Made by a program: the position numbers and the translations under genes. From Geosiphon pyriformis uo1 (lineage: Eukaryota; Fungi; Glomeromycota), in the NCBI GenBank assembly GCA_016748015.1, contig JAAOMT010000697.1, positions 1,243,281 to 1,307,280 of the forward strand: a DNA stretch of 64,000 nucleotides, in the 5' to 3' direction. Below are positions 51,825 through 64,000 of the stretch, one piece after another (the first letter of the stretch is position 1; each line of letters opens with the position of its first letter). The notes under the pieces are model-generated. The model saw only the letters and a list, made by a program, of their open reading frames with translations. It made no database searches and was not told the origin of the DNA.

Positions 51825-53812
51825 TTAGAGCCAAGCTTTTAAATAAAAAATATAATAAATGAAATACTTACCATTTGTAGAAAATCTTGGTTTTAAAATT
51901 AACAGGCTTCTATATCTTGTCCTATCTCGAATAGCATCTTGGGTCTTTTCAAGTTGATTTAAGTTACAATGATCATGAGCAGCAATAACACTTTGTTGGA
52001 ATTGTTCTGTGGTATCACAATAATATGGATCATATTGCCAATTTTTTTCAATCATTTCCGAATACATAAAGGTATATATTACATGAAATGATAGCAAAGC
52101 TGTATATATTGCTATACTTAGTATGATAATTCCCCTTGGAAATTTCAGGCACAAGATACTCAAGAACACTATAAATCTTTTCAGAATGTAGAACGTAATT
52201 TGCTGAATGACAGAGTCCAAGATCAGAGATGACAACTTTTAAGAAATTTGTTTTCAAAACAAAGATATTTCCAAGATGCAAGTCTTCATGCACCAGTTTT
52301 TATTCATGGATAAATCATAGACCACCAGCGATTTGAAAAAGAATATGAAGAAACATGTCCCAAATAAGAATATTTTTATTTAACTTGAGAAAAGCTCTCA
52401 AATTCTTGTGTTCTACAAATGGGAAAACCATAACATATTTATTGGTTATGATGTCTTTTGTAATCCCATAGTATTCAAAGATGTATTTGCAAGTGGCATT
52501 TTAATGATGTGCAATAAACTACACAAATATAGTTTAGTGTTAGAAAAAGGTAATAAAAATCACATAGATTCTTAAAATGAAATATCTTATCTGAATTAAT
52601 ATATCTTATATTCTGGCTATCTTTGAGATACTTCAAAGCAATCTTTGTAACCCCAGTTTGTTCATACTTTTGACTTTTCTTTTTTCAAAATAGAATTTTG
52701 TCTCTCTTCCAACTACTTTTTTTAACAATACCAAATCCTCTCTCTCTCACCTTATCTAAAAATTCAATTTCATTGGGAGAAATCCATTCTAGGCAGCCTC
52801 TGCAGTTTTTAAAAGAGCGTTGTATATATGAAATATACTGATTAATTGTATTACTTCTACTATTTTATGTTCTTCAAATCTTAACAAATTGTAAATTTTT
52901 ACAAAATTTACACCAAAGCAGATTTTTTGATGTTTTATAACATTCTAAAGGTCATGAACATTTAATTCAAGAAAATCACTTTGATAACATAGGTTATTTG
53001 CTTCTGCTGCTTTTAAATAGAATTTAAATGCTTTTTCGAGTTTTTTGTTGTTCCTCATCTATTTTGATAACACTATCTAAGGTTATATTGTGCAGTTTGA
53101 TTTCCTGTTTCTGCTGTTTTTAAATAGAATTGAAATGTTTCTTCTAAAATTTTTACTATTTCCCATCCCTTTCGATGATACGTTCCAATACTGGTTTGTG
53201 GATTTGGATTTCCCACTTTTTTCAGATCTTCTGTTGTTTCTAATTGATTTTGGTGATATGCTCTAAGAGCGATTTATCCAAATAAATCTCTCACCTTTAC
53301 TGCTTTTGAACAAAGTTCAAATGCTTTTTCTGAATTTCTCGTTGTTTCTTCTCTATTATCATAACAAACTGCAAGATTGTATTGTGCATTTAAATATCCC
53401 ACTTCTGCAGCTTTTGAATAAAGTTCAAATGCTTTTTCTGAATCTTTTGTTATTCCTCTTCTATTATCATAATAAAGTACAAGATTGTATTGTGCAAGAG
53501 AATCTTTTGCATTTGCTGCTTTCTGGTATTCTAAAATGCTTTTGTTAAATTAGGGATAGTTCCAATTCCATGTTTTAAAAAAAAATCGAGTAAAATATTG
53601 TCTATCGAATGCTTTGAATTTTTCTTATTCAAGCAATTGAACAAATTTTCAGATGTTTTCTGATTGCACACAAGATATTTTTTCACTAATTCAGCAACTT
53701 TTGAATATTCAATAACTGGAAAAATGGCCAAATTTTCTTTGATACCAATCAATGTTTTTTTAAGCCAGTCAAGGATTAAAGTTGCGTTTTCAGTTGATGA
53801 ATTTGAAGACAT
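51825..53812 (-). pseudogene. SLR + TKL kinase, copy A' (inverted paralogue of 18691-21760 with fewer repeats)
   Basis: MSSNSSTENATLILDWLK..KHSIDNILLDFFLKHGIGTIPNLTKAF matches copy A. ~5-6 SLRs, same kinase intron, VHEDLHLGNIFVLKTNFLKVVISDLGLC, LEYLVPEI, IYSFAII. Homology extends ~400 bp upstream (53813-54215 vs ~18275-18690). Confidence 0.9.
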
Positions 53813-56227
53813 GATTTCAACCAAAACAAGAAGACTATTAAGTCTTGAATATTTTATATGAGTAAAGAAGGAGTTTGTCTTGCTAATAAATAAGGATTTT
53901 AACCTCTAATTACATTCCTGAAAAGGCTAAGCCTTGAAGAAATTAGAAATGTTGGAAAAGTTCTGAAAACACACAACCCCTCAGCCAGATTGATTAAATG
54001 GGTAGAGATTGTCTGAGAACTCAAATGTCACTGTTTTATTGCTATTTTAATTTAAATGAAATTTTTTTGTATAACAATTGAAATGCCGCCTTCAAAAAAA
54101 ATTCTTAATATTAAGAAAAGGTATATCACTCTACTTTATCAATGATAAACTTTAATAACAAATTTAAAGTAATTTCTTTGGCTTTCACTGGTGTAAATTT
54201 TATTTTGGATTTTTGGTGTATTGATACACCAATTTAATTAAACATTGTTTAGACACTGTTTAATGAATTTTATCCTGAAAAAATCTTTATTTCAATGAGA
54301 ATGCGTGAAATTTAAATTAATTATTTCAAGAAAATCACATTATTAAAAACTGAAATATTTGCCAAATTTTTGTTTTAGTTCACTTTGAATTGGACAATAA
54401 TATTTATTAAAATTATTTTAACATATAAATAATAAAAATAAAAAATATAAGAGTAAATGTGTTAAAATACACATCAAAAAATAATTGATCTGTTGTATTT
54501 TGGCAACTAAAATTAAATCTGAAAAGTTGACAAAAGATTGTTTATATTATAAAAATATAAAACTAAATTTATGGTGATATATTATTTTTATTAATTAATA
54601 CTCTTGAATTAAAAATAAATTGAAATTTATTACTTTTAAAGATAATTTAAAAAACAAAAAAAACTTATAAAAATTCAAAAATTATTGAGTAATCATTTAA
54701 ATGGCTTGAAATATTTTTGCTTTAATAACTACAATTTATTTATAAATAAACTGTTTTTTATTCAGTTTAATTACTTATTAATGTTTTTATCTGGTTTATT
54801 GTTATATAAATTTGTGTTAGTAAATTTTTTTCATATTGTTAATACAAGTTATAAATAAAACATAAATCGGCTTTTTGTAAAATTTATTTTAAAATCAAAT
54901 TTTAGACTTGAGTTTTTACAGTTAATTAACCAGGTAATTTGAGCACATAACAATAAACTAACCAACCAAATTAAACAATAAATTAAAACATTAAAGTTTT
55001 GTTAAAGCCAAAAAAAACAGTTTATAATATAAAGTCAAATGATTTAAAACTTTAACACTATTTTTGCATATAAAATTAATTATCGGGTCAATGTTTTATT
55101 TACAAGTTTTTAAAATAAACAATAAAATTACAAATCAACTAGTTTAATATAACAGCAATAATTTTAATAAAGATATTTGAGAACATTTTTTGATGTTATC
55201 AAAAAAATGTGATAATAAAGCTTAAAAAATTATATTTTGTAAATTAACAAAAATTTTAAACTATTTCTATTATGGCAATATATTTTATAATTTTTTTATA
55301 CACATATAAAATTTTAAAAATATTATAAATTGAAATAAAAAATTTATTAAAATTAAGCATTTTATGTAAACGACAACAAAAATTAATAATCAAATTAAAA
55401 ATTGTTTTTTTTAATTAATTTTTAAAACTATTGAACATTAATTGTTAGAATTCTAAAAAAACATTTTTTTTTACTTGATACCAAGTATAGATCTTGTTTT
55501 TAATTAATTTTAATTATATTGGGTATTTATTATATTAATTTTGAAAATATTTTATTTTATTAAAATAATAATTATTTTTAAATACTAAAAATATTTTTTG
55601 TTATAAAATTAAATATCTGTTTATTGAATAATAAATTTAAAATTTATATGTTAATTAATTGATTACTCCAATAATTTTAAAATAATTGAATTTTTCAATA
55701 TTGAGATTTTTTGGTTGATAAATTTTTTATATTTATTGTTGCAATTGCTTTTATTAAATTAAATAACAAATAATTGAGGAAGAAGAGAACAGCCAAAATA
55801 TTTTAATAGAAATCTAATCTGAGAGCCGAAAGAGATAGGTTTATTTGTGAATGATTTATATTGTATGCATGCTAATTTTGCTGTAAAAAAAGGTCGAAAA
55901 GTCAAAATAGTGAAAAGTTAACTCAGTTATGAAAGCAGTTTCTCAAATTTTTCTTTTCTGATAAGAGGAAAAAGGGTTTTTAACTGTTTAAAAAATAAAG
56001 CCGGAGTTTATCCAGCCCAAAGAATTCCTTGCACAGAAAAAAATGACAAACTACATTTATTATTATATATAAAAAATGTTTTTACTGGTTTTTTACATAA
56101 TGTTTTTTTAAAAGAAATTTATATAGTAATGATAAAAAATTTGTAGCAAATTCTTAAAAAAGTTTTTTTTTTATTAAATAATAGTCTTTTAAAAAATTAT
56201 TATACATATTATAAATTGGAAATAATT

Positions 56228-56260
56228 CTGGGTGGCTGGTCACGTGTAGAAAACGCATAA
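56228..56260 (+). mobile_element. Isolated LINE 3'-UTR motif (extremely 5'-truncated insertion or remnant)
   Basis: 27/33 identical to 7056-7088; all 6 differences are transitions. Confidence 0.65.
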
Positions 56261-59200
56261 TATTAAATTTTGTTATTAAGAACAATTTAGAAAGCATTTT
56301 TTTTTTTTGAAATTTAATAAGTACAAAATAATCTTTCGTTATTTTTAAATAATCTTTGTTAAACTTAAGCCCTAAACTAATTCATTATTATTGATAATAT
56401 GTTATAATCTATTAGTTTTGCGCAAAAATAGTAATGTTCATAAAATTGTTTAAGACATATTATTCACATAACACATATTATATATAAGTTAATAAAATTA
56501 AGCTAAGCTTTAAAAATTTTGGCTCAAATTCAGCTTGAGCTCAACTTATTTGAGCTTTGTACCAAACTAATTTGGCTCTTTTAAAGTTTCAGGCAAACAA
56601 ACCTTTATTTTTTGAATATACAATAATGTTATTTAAATAGAACAAAATATTTTATTTATTAATTATTAAAAAACAAAAAAAAACATTGTTAATATAAATA
56701 ATATAATTATGTGTTTATGAGTATTATAAAAACAGTTCTTTGTTAACTTTTAAATCTATTTTATTCATTAAATTGTTTAAGATTAAAGATAAAAAAATTA
56801 GTTTATGTTTTTATAATAATACTTTGTAAACAAATGTGGCTTTAATTAAATTAAAAAGAAAATAGAAAAAACAATTTAACTTTTAATAATAATACTGTTT
56901 TGTCAAATTGTAAAAAAATGAAAAAAAATAATTAAAAAATGTAATATTTTTAAAATTTATAAATTCGCAAAAGCCAATATATATCATATTTTATGTTTTA
57001 AATTTAGTTAACTAAACTTATTTTTTTGTTTAAATCTAAGTAATTTTGTATAGCATAGTTTTAATTGAGTAAAATTATAAAAAATACACAATTTATATTA
57101 ATATTTAACCATTATTAATAAATACATGTATATAATTATTTCAAAATATTTTAAAATTTAACCAATAATTTTAAAGCTAATCTTTAACAATTTAAGTTTA
57201 ATAATTAAGATATAAATAGCTATAATTTAATTGAAATCAATTTAATATTTTTGAAAAATAAGAAACTTGCTCTTATAATTTTTTAAATAAACAAATATTA
57301 AAATTATAACAGCTGTATTATTTTTATTACCAATTGTAAATTATTCTCTCTATTTTTAGATTTTTTTGAAAAAATTAACAACTATAATTTTAAGACCAAT
57401 TATATTAATTTATATTCTACTTTTATTCATTATTTTTAGTCTTTAGATATTTTTAAGAATAAATACTTTTATTTTATTCTATTTAGTCAATTATCCATAA
57501 ACAGAGAAAGGCTAAAGCAGAGTATATTTTACATAATACCAATTACTGATGTATAATTATATTACAAGAGAGAATATATAGTTAATCAATAATTTATAAG
57601 AACATGTATTTTATTTGTTAATTTTTTTAAAGAGCTTTTTGTGTTTTTTTTTAACAAATTTTACTGTTTTTTGATGAGTTTTAATCGTGTTTTTAATCTT
57701 AATAATAAATACTTCTAAGCCTAATATCTATATAAGCCCTAAATTTACTCTAACAACAAGTTGAAATGCTCTGAAATTTTTTGAATCTTGGTCAAAAGAA
57801 GAAACAGTTAAGTATTACTCTCTGGTAGTTATTGTTAATACTATTAAGAAATATGTTAATATATTAAGTCTTGGTAATTCTGCTCAAAATTTAGAAAAAA
57901 AAAAGTCGCAAACATCAAATATAAATTTTATAGACCTATAAAAACTTATTTTATTGGTATTATTAATTTAGAACAAGATATTTTGGAGATTATATTATAT
58001 CTAAGTAATCAAAAATATTATACTAAATTGTATTGTATTTCTCACCAGTTTTTGAGGTGTTTCCTAGCTCTATTTAAGATATTGTTTTTACACATTCCAA
58101 AAACTTTGGTGTCATAAATAGTTAACTCTAATAGATTTTACACACAAAATCAATAAATATAACTGGTATCTTTTTACATTATATGTTTGAAATAGATATA
58201 AATGTTGAAATATTAGTGTATATTTTTTGTATACAATAAAAATAATAAAACTATTACTGTAGCATTATAAATCATTGAAAAAAGTGTTTTTAGTAAATAC
58301 TTTAGTATTTTTTTTAGATCAAAGTAGTACTAAAGCAAATAGTATTAAACAAGTTTTTTTTGGTTTTTTTAGTAAGCAAAAATTTAAAATATTTTTCTTT
58401 ATTATTTATGTCATATAAACATAGATATTAAAAATTTATGATAAAAAACTTATAAAACTATGGTTTAGACAATACACAAAAGAACAAAAATTGGCTGTAA
58501 ATAACTATTTTAAAATATTACTAATTATTGTTTATTTTCTATTATCTTTATATATATTAAAAAAACTAATATAAAAAATATTTATTAGTAAACTCTTTGA
58601 GCACATTAATATTTACCTCTTTTTTTTAAATTATTTCTACAAATTCTCTTAAATTTATTACAGTTAATTCAAAAAAACAATATCTTATTTATATAGATTA
58701 ATTAGTAATTTTTTTTTTTTTTTGTGTTATATTTTTTTATATTGTCAGTTTTGTTCTAACTTTTATATTGTTTAATTTTATTTTAGATATTATTTATAAA
58801 ATTACTGCTCTTTTTAATATTAAAAAATTAAATAATTCTGAATATATTGTCTTTAATTTTTATTAAAAATAAATATTTGTAAATGATTGTAATTTGTTAT
58901 TTTTTTTCCAATATGTTAAAAAAAATAAAACTTTTTGTTAAAATGTTTTTTACAAGTTTTTTTCTGTAATTAGTTAAACTAAATAAGTTTTTACTAAAAA
59001 ATTATTAAAAATTCCAAAAATTTCATATTATAAAGATTTATGTATATATAATAATAATATTAAAACAAAAAAATTAACAATTTCTTTATTAAATCTTTTT
59101 TATTTAATAAAAATTAAATAATTTTAATAATTAGTAATTTAATATTTAAAGTAAATTTTTTCTAATATAAATTACAACAATAATTTACTATTTAAATTTA

Positions 59201-60888
59201 TAAATTAATATTTATTTTATTAAAATCATTTATTTTTAAATATTAAAGAGATTTATTCAAAAATTTAACTACATTAAAATAATAGTTTTTAATTATAGCT
59301 ATTAATAAAATACTAATTTTATTATTTTTTTCATCTTTTAGTTTTGTTTTATTTTGTTGTTAAGATAAATTAATTAAAAAAAAGTGCTAAAATTACAATA
59401 TTAAAAATTATTTGGTAAAAAATACAAGAATAAATATAAAATTAAAGTATTAATATTAAAATTGCTTACCAAAAAATAATAAATACTAAAATAAATTGGT
59501 ATTTATATTAATGTTATAAGTTATTAAATATTACTAACAGTTATTACTTAATACTTTATATTTTATAATAATTTTAACCAGTTAAAGTTTTAGATATATT
59601 AAAATTTAAAAATTTAATTACAAAATTTAACTAATAATTAAACTATATATTAATTTTTACTATGTTATAACAATAATAAAAACTACAATTATTTCGAAAA
59701 TTAATTTTTAATTATTGTTTTTAAATTAATTATTATTATTATTATAAACAAAACACATTAAAATTAATTGTAAATTATAATTAAGTTAACAATAATTAAA
59801 AAATTAATATTAAAACTTTGATTGCTAATTTCAAACTTGAACTATAAATTTTTAACTTAATAAAAACAATATTAATTATTTTAGTATTATTTTTTAATAT
59901 TTTAATTATAAGTATAACAATTATAAATTATTTATTAGTCATAATTATAGAAATTATTATAATTACAGCAATTACTTTAACAACAATTTTTGGTTCAAGT
60001 ACTAAATAGTAATTTAAATTTAAGAAGTATATAACAAAGCTAAAAATTAACAATTTTTACTCATTAAAAAATTTTAATAATATTAACTAACAACAAAAAA
60101 ACCATGCCAAAAATTTGACAAATTTACAATCTTAATTTCTAAATTCCTAAATTTATTTATGTCTTCTTATTATGTCTAATAACTAATATATTACTAGAAA
60201 TTTAAAACACAATATATTTAATAATAATATTTTATTAACTACAATTATAAAAAATGATATCTTAATAACAATTTTTTTAATTTAAATAAAGAATACAGCA
60301 AATTATTATTTAATAAAATAGTTTTTAACATTAAAAAACCACTCTCTTCTTCTTAATAATAATTCTCTTCAGCATGCTGACAGAAACGTTTTTTTTTGGA
60401 TTCAACTTTAAAAGTATTTTCAAAAGGGTCATCACCAAAAAAGAACTAGGAAGTAGAGTGTTAAATATGTTGTACTTATGGTCAATAAGGCATTATAATC
60501 AAATTAGCTGATTATTCTCTTGCTGTAGATACCCAATCAAAATAAGGAGCTCGCCTTTAAAGAAATTTCTATAATTAAAAAGAAGCCCTCTTTTAAAAGT
60601 TCAGACTTGCACTTAAAAAAGTTACTATAATATACACAACAAAATAATATTTAGAGAGATTCCATTCAAAGTTTAAAAGTAAAAAAGTTCACAATAATTG
60701 ATATTATTTATAGTTTAGATGTGTTATTATAGGAATTGACAACAGTGTATTAAAAAGTTAATAAATTTTATGGAATTATTTAATGCTTTTTTACCATCTA
60801 ACATAGTTATTTTAAATTTATAATGAATAAATAATTAGTTGAATCATTTTTCTAAATTTAATTCGAGAAAAACTTCTTAATATTATTT

Positions 60889-61881
60889 GGGAATTGCTAA
60901 ATCAACCCACCCGCAACATGTGATATCATTTACGTCATAGGGAACATATTAACGAGTTTATAATCAAAGAGCTCTAGAATAAACTTAATAAGTTTCTTTT
61001 GATTTTACAAGTAATTACATCTTTTTATTAAATTACAGATTATATTCATATAATGTTACTACCTCCAGAAACATCATATAGCTCTTGTGAGATGATACAA
61101 AGTCTTAATACCTTTACATATTCCCAAGGATATGTAGTTACAAAATGATGCTCTGCTGCTAATGGTACTTGTATTATCTTCAAATGTGATCGGAGAAATG
61201 AATATAATGCTTCTAAAAGACTTTTATTAGAAGATCAACAATAAAAAACAGCAATTTGATTAACAAACTGCCCTTTTACTGTATATAGACGATTACTCAA
61301 AGCTGATGAATGCTGGCATTTAACAATTCGCAATGCTGAACATAATCATGAGCCATCTGATAATATTGCTGGACATCCTACTTAAATCCAAACAGAAAGT
61401 ATTAGTTTCACAAATATTAAGTGCAAGCATTACACCAAAGGCAATTTGAATAATATTATGACAGGAAGATCTTGAACAACATGCAATTTCAAAGACTATT
61501 TATAATAAATAGGCACATTTTCGAAAAATAGATTCAATTAATTTAACTGTTTTAAATTGCTTTAAACAAAATATTGCTCATCAAGAATCATCTATTCAAT
61601 GAAATTTATACTAATTTGAAATTGTTGAAAATGTTTCTTCTCAAATTCAAGTATGTAAATGTAAAATTTGTAAGAAACAAGACCATAATATTCAGATCTG
61701 TCCACAACAAAATGTTTTTTAATTATAAAACACTATAATTACTTAAGGCATAATAAAAAATTTAATATATAATCTATATTCAATTTTATATAAGAAAAAG
61801 TTATTTTTTATTTTAATTAAACTAATATTTTATATATATATTAATATCACGTGTTACGAGTGGGTCGATTTAGCAATTTCT
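60889..61881 (+). mobile_element. Non-autonomous, internally deleted Mutator-like (MULE) DNA transposon with ~40-bp TIRs
   Basis: Left GGGAATTGCTAAATCAACCCACCCGCAACATGTGATATC vs right revcomp AGAAATTGCTAAATCGACCCACTCGTAACACGTGATATT. No clear TSD. Confidence 0.88.
61053..61722 (+). pseudogene. MULE transposase remnant: FAR1-type DNA-binding domain and C-terminal CCHC knuckle; DDE core deleted
   Basis: SQGYVVTK..IIFKCDR..LTNCPFTVY..WHLTIRNAEHNHEPS; ITPKAI..ISKTIYN; then CKICKKQDHNIQICP. Confidence 0.85.
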
Positions 61882-64000
61882 TAACTTAATTTTAAAATAT
61901 TGTTTAAATAAAAATAATATATATAAATAAGTTTTTTAATTACTAAAAAAAACTTTTATTATAAATAAAATATTAAAAAATAAATTATATATTTTGTAAA
62001 CCAATAAAAAACAATTTTTTATAATTAATTTGTACATAATATTAGATTTAAAAAATATTACAAATAATTTAATTAATTGTCTGTTGTAATAATATTAGCT
62101 TTAATAATCAACAAAAAATCAGAAATAAATAAATATATTATCTTTAAAACTAAAACATTATTAATTAATATAAACAATTATTTTATAAATCAAACCATTT
62201 TAAAACATTCTTAATACTTTTTATAATTACTAAACAATTAGTTATTTAAATGCTACTTTAACTATTAAAAATCAGACCATAATAATTAATGTAATAGATA
62301 TATATATATATTGTTTTTAAAAAACAGCTATTAAAATAAATAAACTAATAATAAATTAAATATTATATAATTTTTTAATATACTTGGAAAAATACTTAAA
62401 AAAAATTTTTTATTAATAAAAACTTGTTATATAAAAAACAATTTAGAATTTAAAAATGTTTAAATAAAATTATAAAACTTTTAAAATTTTTAAAAAAACA
62501 ACTTTAAATATTTAAATAAAAATCTTAAAAATTATATATACTTAAATATTTTAATAATGTTAACTATTATTAAAAAAGTCAAAACTTTTATATAAAAATT
62601 TGATTTTTTGGATTTAAAACTTATTTGATCTTAATTTTTATATTTTATTAACAAAAAATAAATAAATTATTTTATTTTGAATTAAAAAATACAATTAATT
62701 AGATAATATAGTTTTATAAAAGCTTAATTTTTTAGAAAAAAATAATATTATAATTAAAATTTATAGTTTTTATTAATTATTACATATATTAAACTATTTA
62801 ATATTATATAATTAACTATTTTATTTTTAAATAAATTATTGATTTAATTACTAATTTAATTGTTAACTTAATTATTAATTTAATTACTAATTTAATTATT
62901 AATATCTTTTAGCAATTATATAAATAATAAATTTTTTAATAATAAAAAACATTAAATAAATAAGATAAAATATTAAATTTAATAAAAAATAATTATTTAT
63001 TAGATTTTATTGTATTTTATTACTTATTTTTCTTTTAATTTTTTATTTTCACATATTTTATTTTTTTTGATTTATATAATTAGAATTAACTTATAAAAGT
63101 ATTATTATTATTAACTTATTATTTAAACTTATAATAATATTAATTTTTATTTTTTTTATTTTTTTAATTTAAAAATTGGTTTTTTATTAATTATTAAGTC
63201 GAATTTATTTAGTTTATATTATATACTTTTTAATTAAGCTTATTTAAAAACAATTTTAAATATTAAATAATAATATAAATTAAATAATATTTTTAATTAT
63301 TTTAATAAATTATCTATTAAATTTGAAAGTTTAAATAATGAAATTTATAATTAAATAATAGTTTTTTAATTCATAAAATAAAACAAAAATAATAATAGAA
63401 AAATATAATATAAATAGCCAATAGCAGAGTATAAAATTATTAAAACATATAATATCAAAAAAAATATAAAATATAGTTAAAAAAACTAAAATTGTTTATT
63501 AGAAGAGTAAAGAACACCAGAATAATTTGATTACTATACAAAAAAGTTAAATATTAAGTATTATTAATCATTATATTAAATTTCTATCTATTATATAAAA
63601 AATTCTAACTTAAAATTTTCAAAAAAATTTTCAGATCTATTATTAATCATATTAAGTACCAATTTATAAAAAATTTTATAAATCTAGAAATTATTTGTAA
63701 TATTATAAACAAGAAATTATTAAATTATTTTTATCTTTTAAATTTAATACTTAATATAATAATTTTTTTACATAATATAATATTATAAACAACAATATTT
63801 TGTTAGTTTTTAAAGCAATTTAAACAATTTTTTTATTTTTATTTAAAGATAATATTCAAAATCTAATTAAATAATTAAAATTTTTTAAAAAAATTATGAT
63901 TGTAAATTAATATAATAATAAACATAAATTTTATTTTTTAACAAAAAAATTAAAAACTAATTTATTTATGTTTTGTAGTTTTTTGACAAAAAATAATATA

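Noticed and set aside
57700-60650. Patches that may be further TE fossils
   Set aside because: I could not recover any diagnostic motif by eye.

Overview
Extremely AT-rich eukaryotic (fungal) genomic DNA, with no prokaryotic features. The transposon families and the Sel1-repeat/kinase and Crinkler-type genes point to a Glomeromycotina (arbuscular-mycorrhizal lineage) genome; the LINE and gag proteins resemble those I recall from Geosiphon-like assemblies (inference, not a database result). I found no confidently intact gene. 0-17.7 kb is a nest of retroelements: a full-length LINE (ORF1 with RRMs and a CCHC knuckle; ORF2 APE-RT-RNase H-Zn finger; poly-A tail) that keeps both reading frames but is full of stops; a far more decayed LINE tail-to-tail with it; and two Ty3/Gypsy families (LTRs, PBS, gag, integrase). 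18-54 kb is a dead cluster of four Sel1-repeat/TKL-kinase paralogues in two domain orders, arranged in mirror symmetry around a 2.2-kb higher-order satellite. The cluster also holds a Crinkler-type REase+kinase pseudogene and a fifth kinase remnant. A ~1-kb internally deleted Mutator (FAR1) element lies at 60.9-61.9 kb. The main cross-cutting signal is C>T/G>A hypermutation with few indels, including at non-CpG sites, seen as a graded series in four copies of one LINE 3'-UTR motif. This resembles a RIP-like repeat-defence process.
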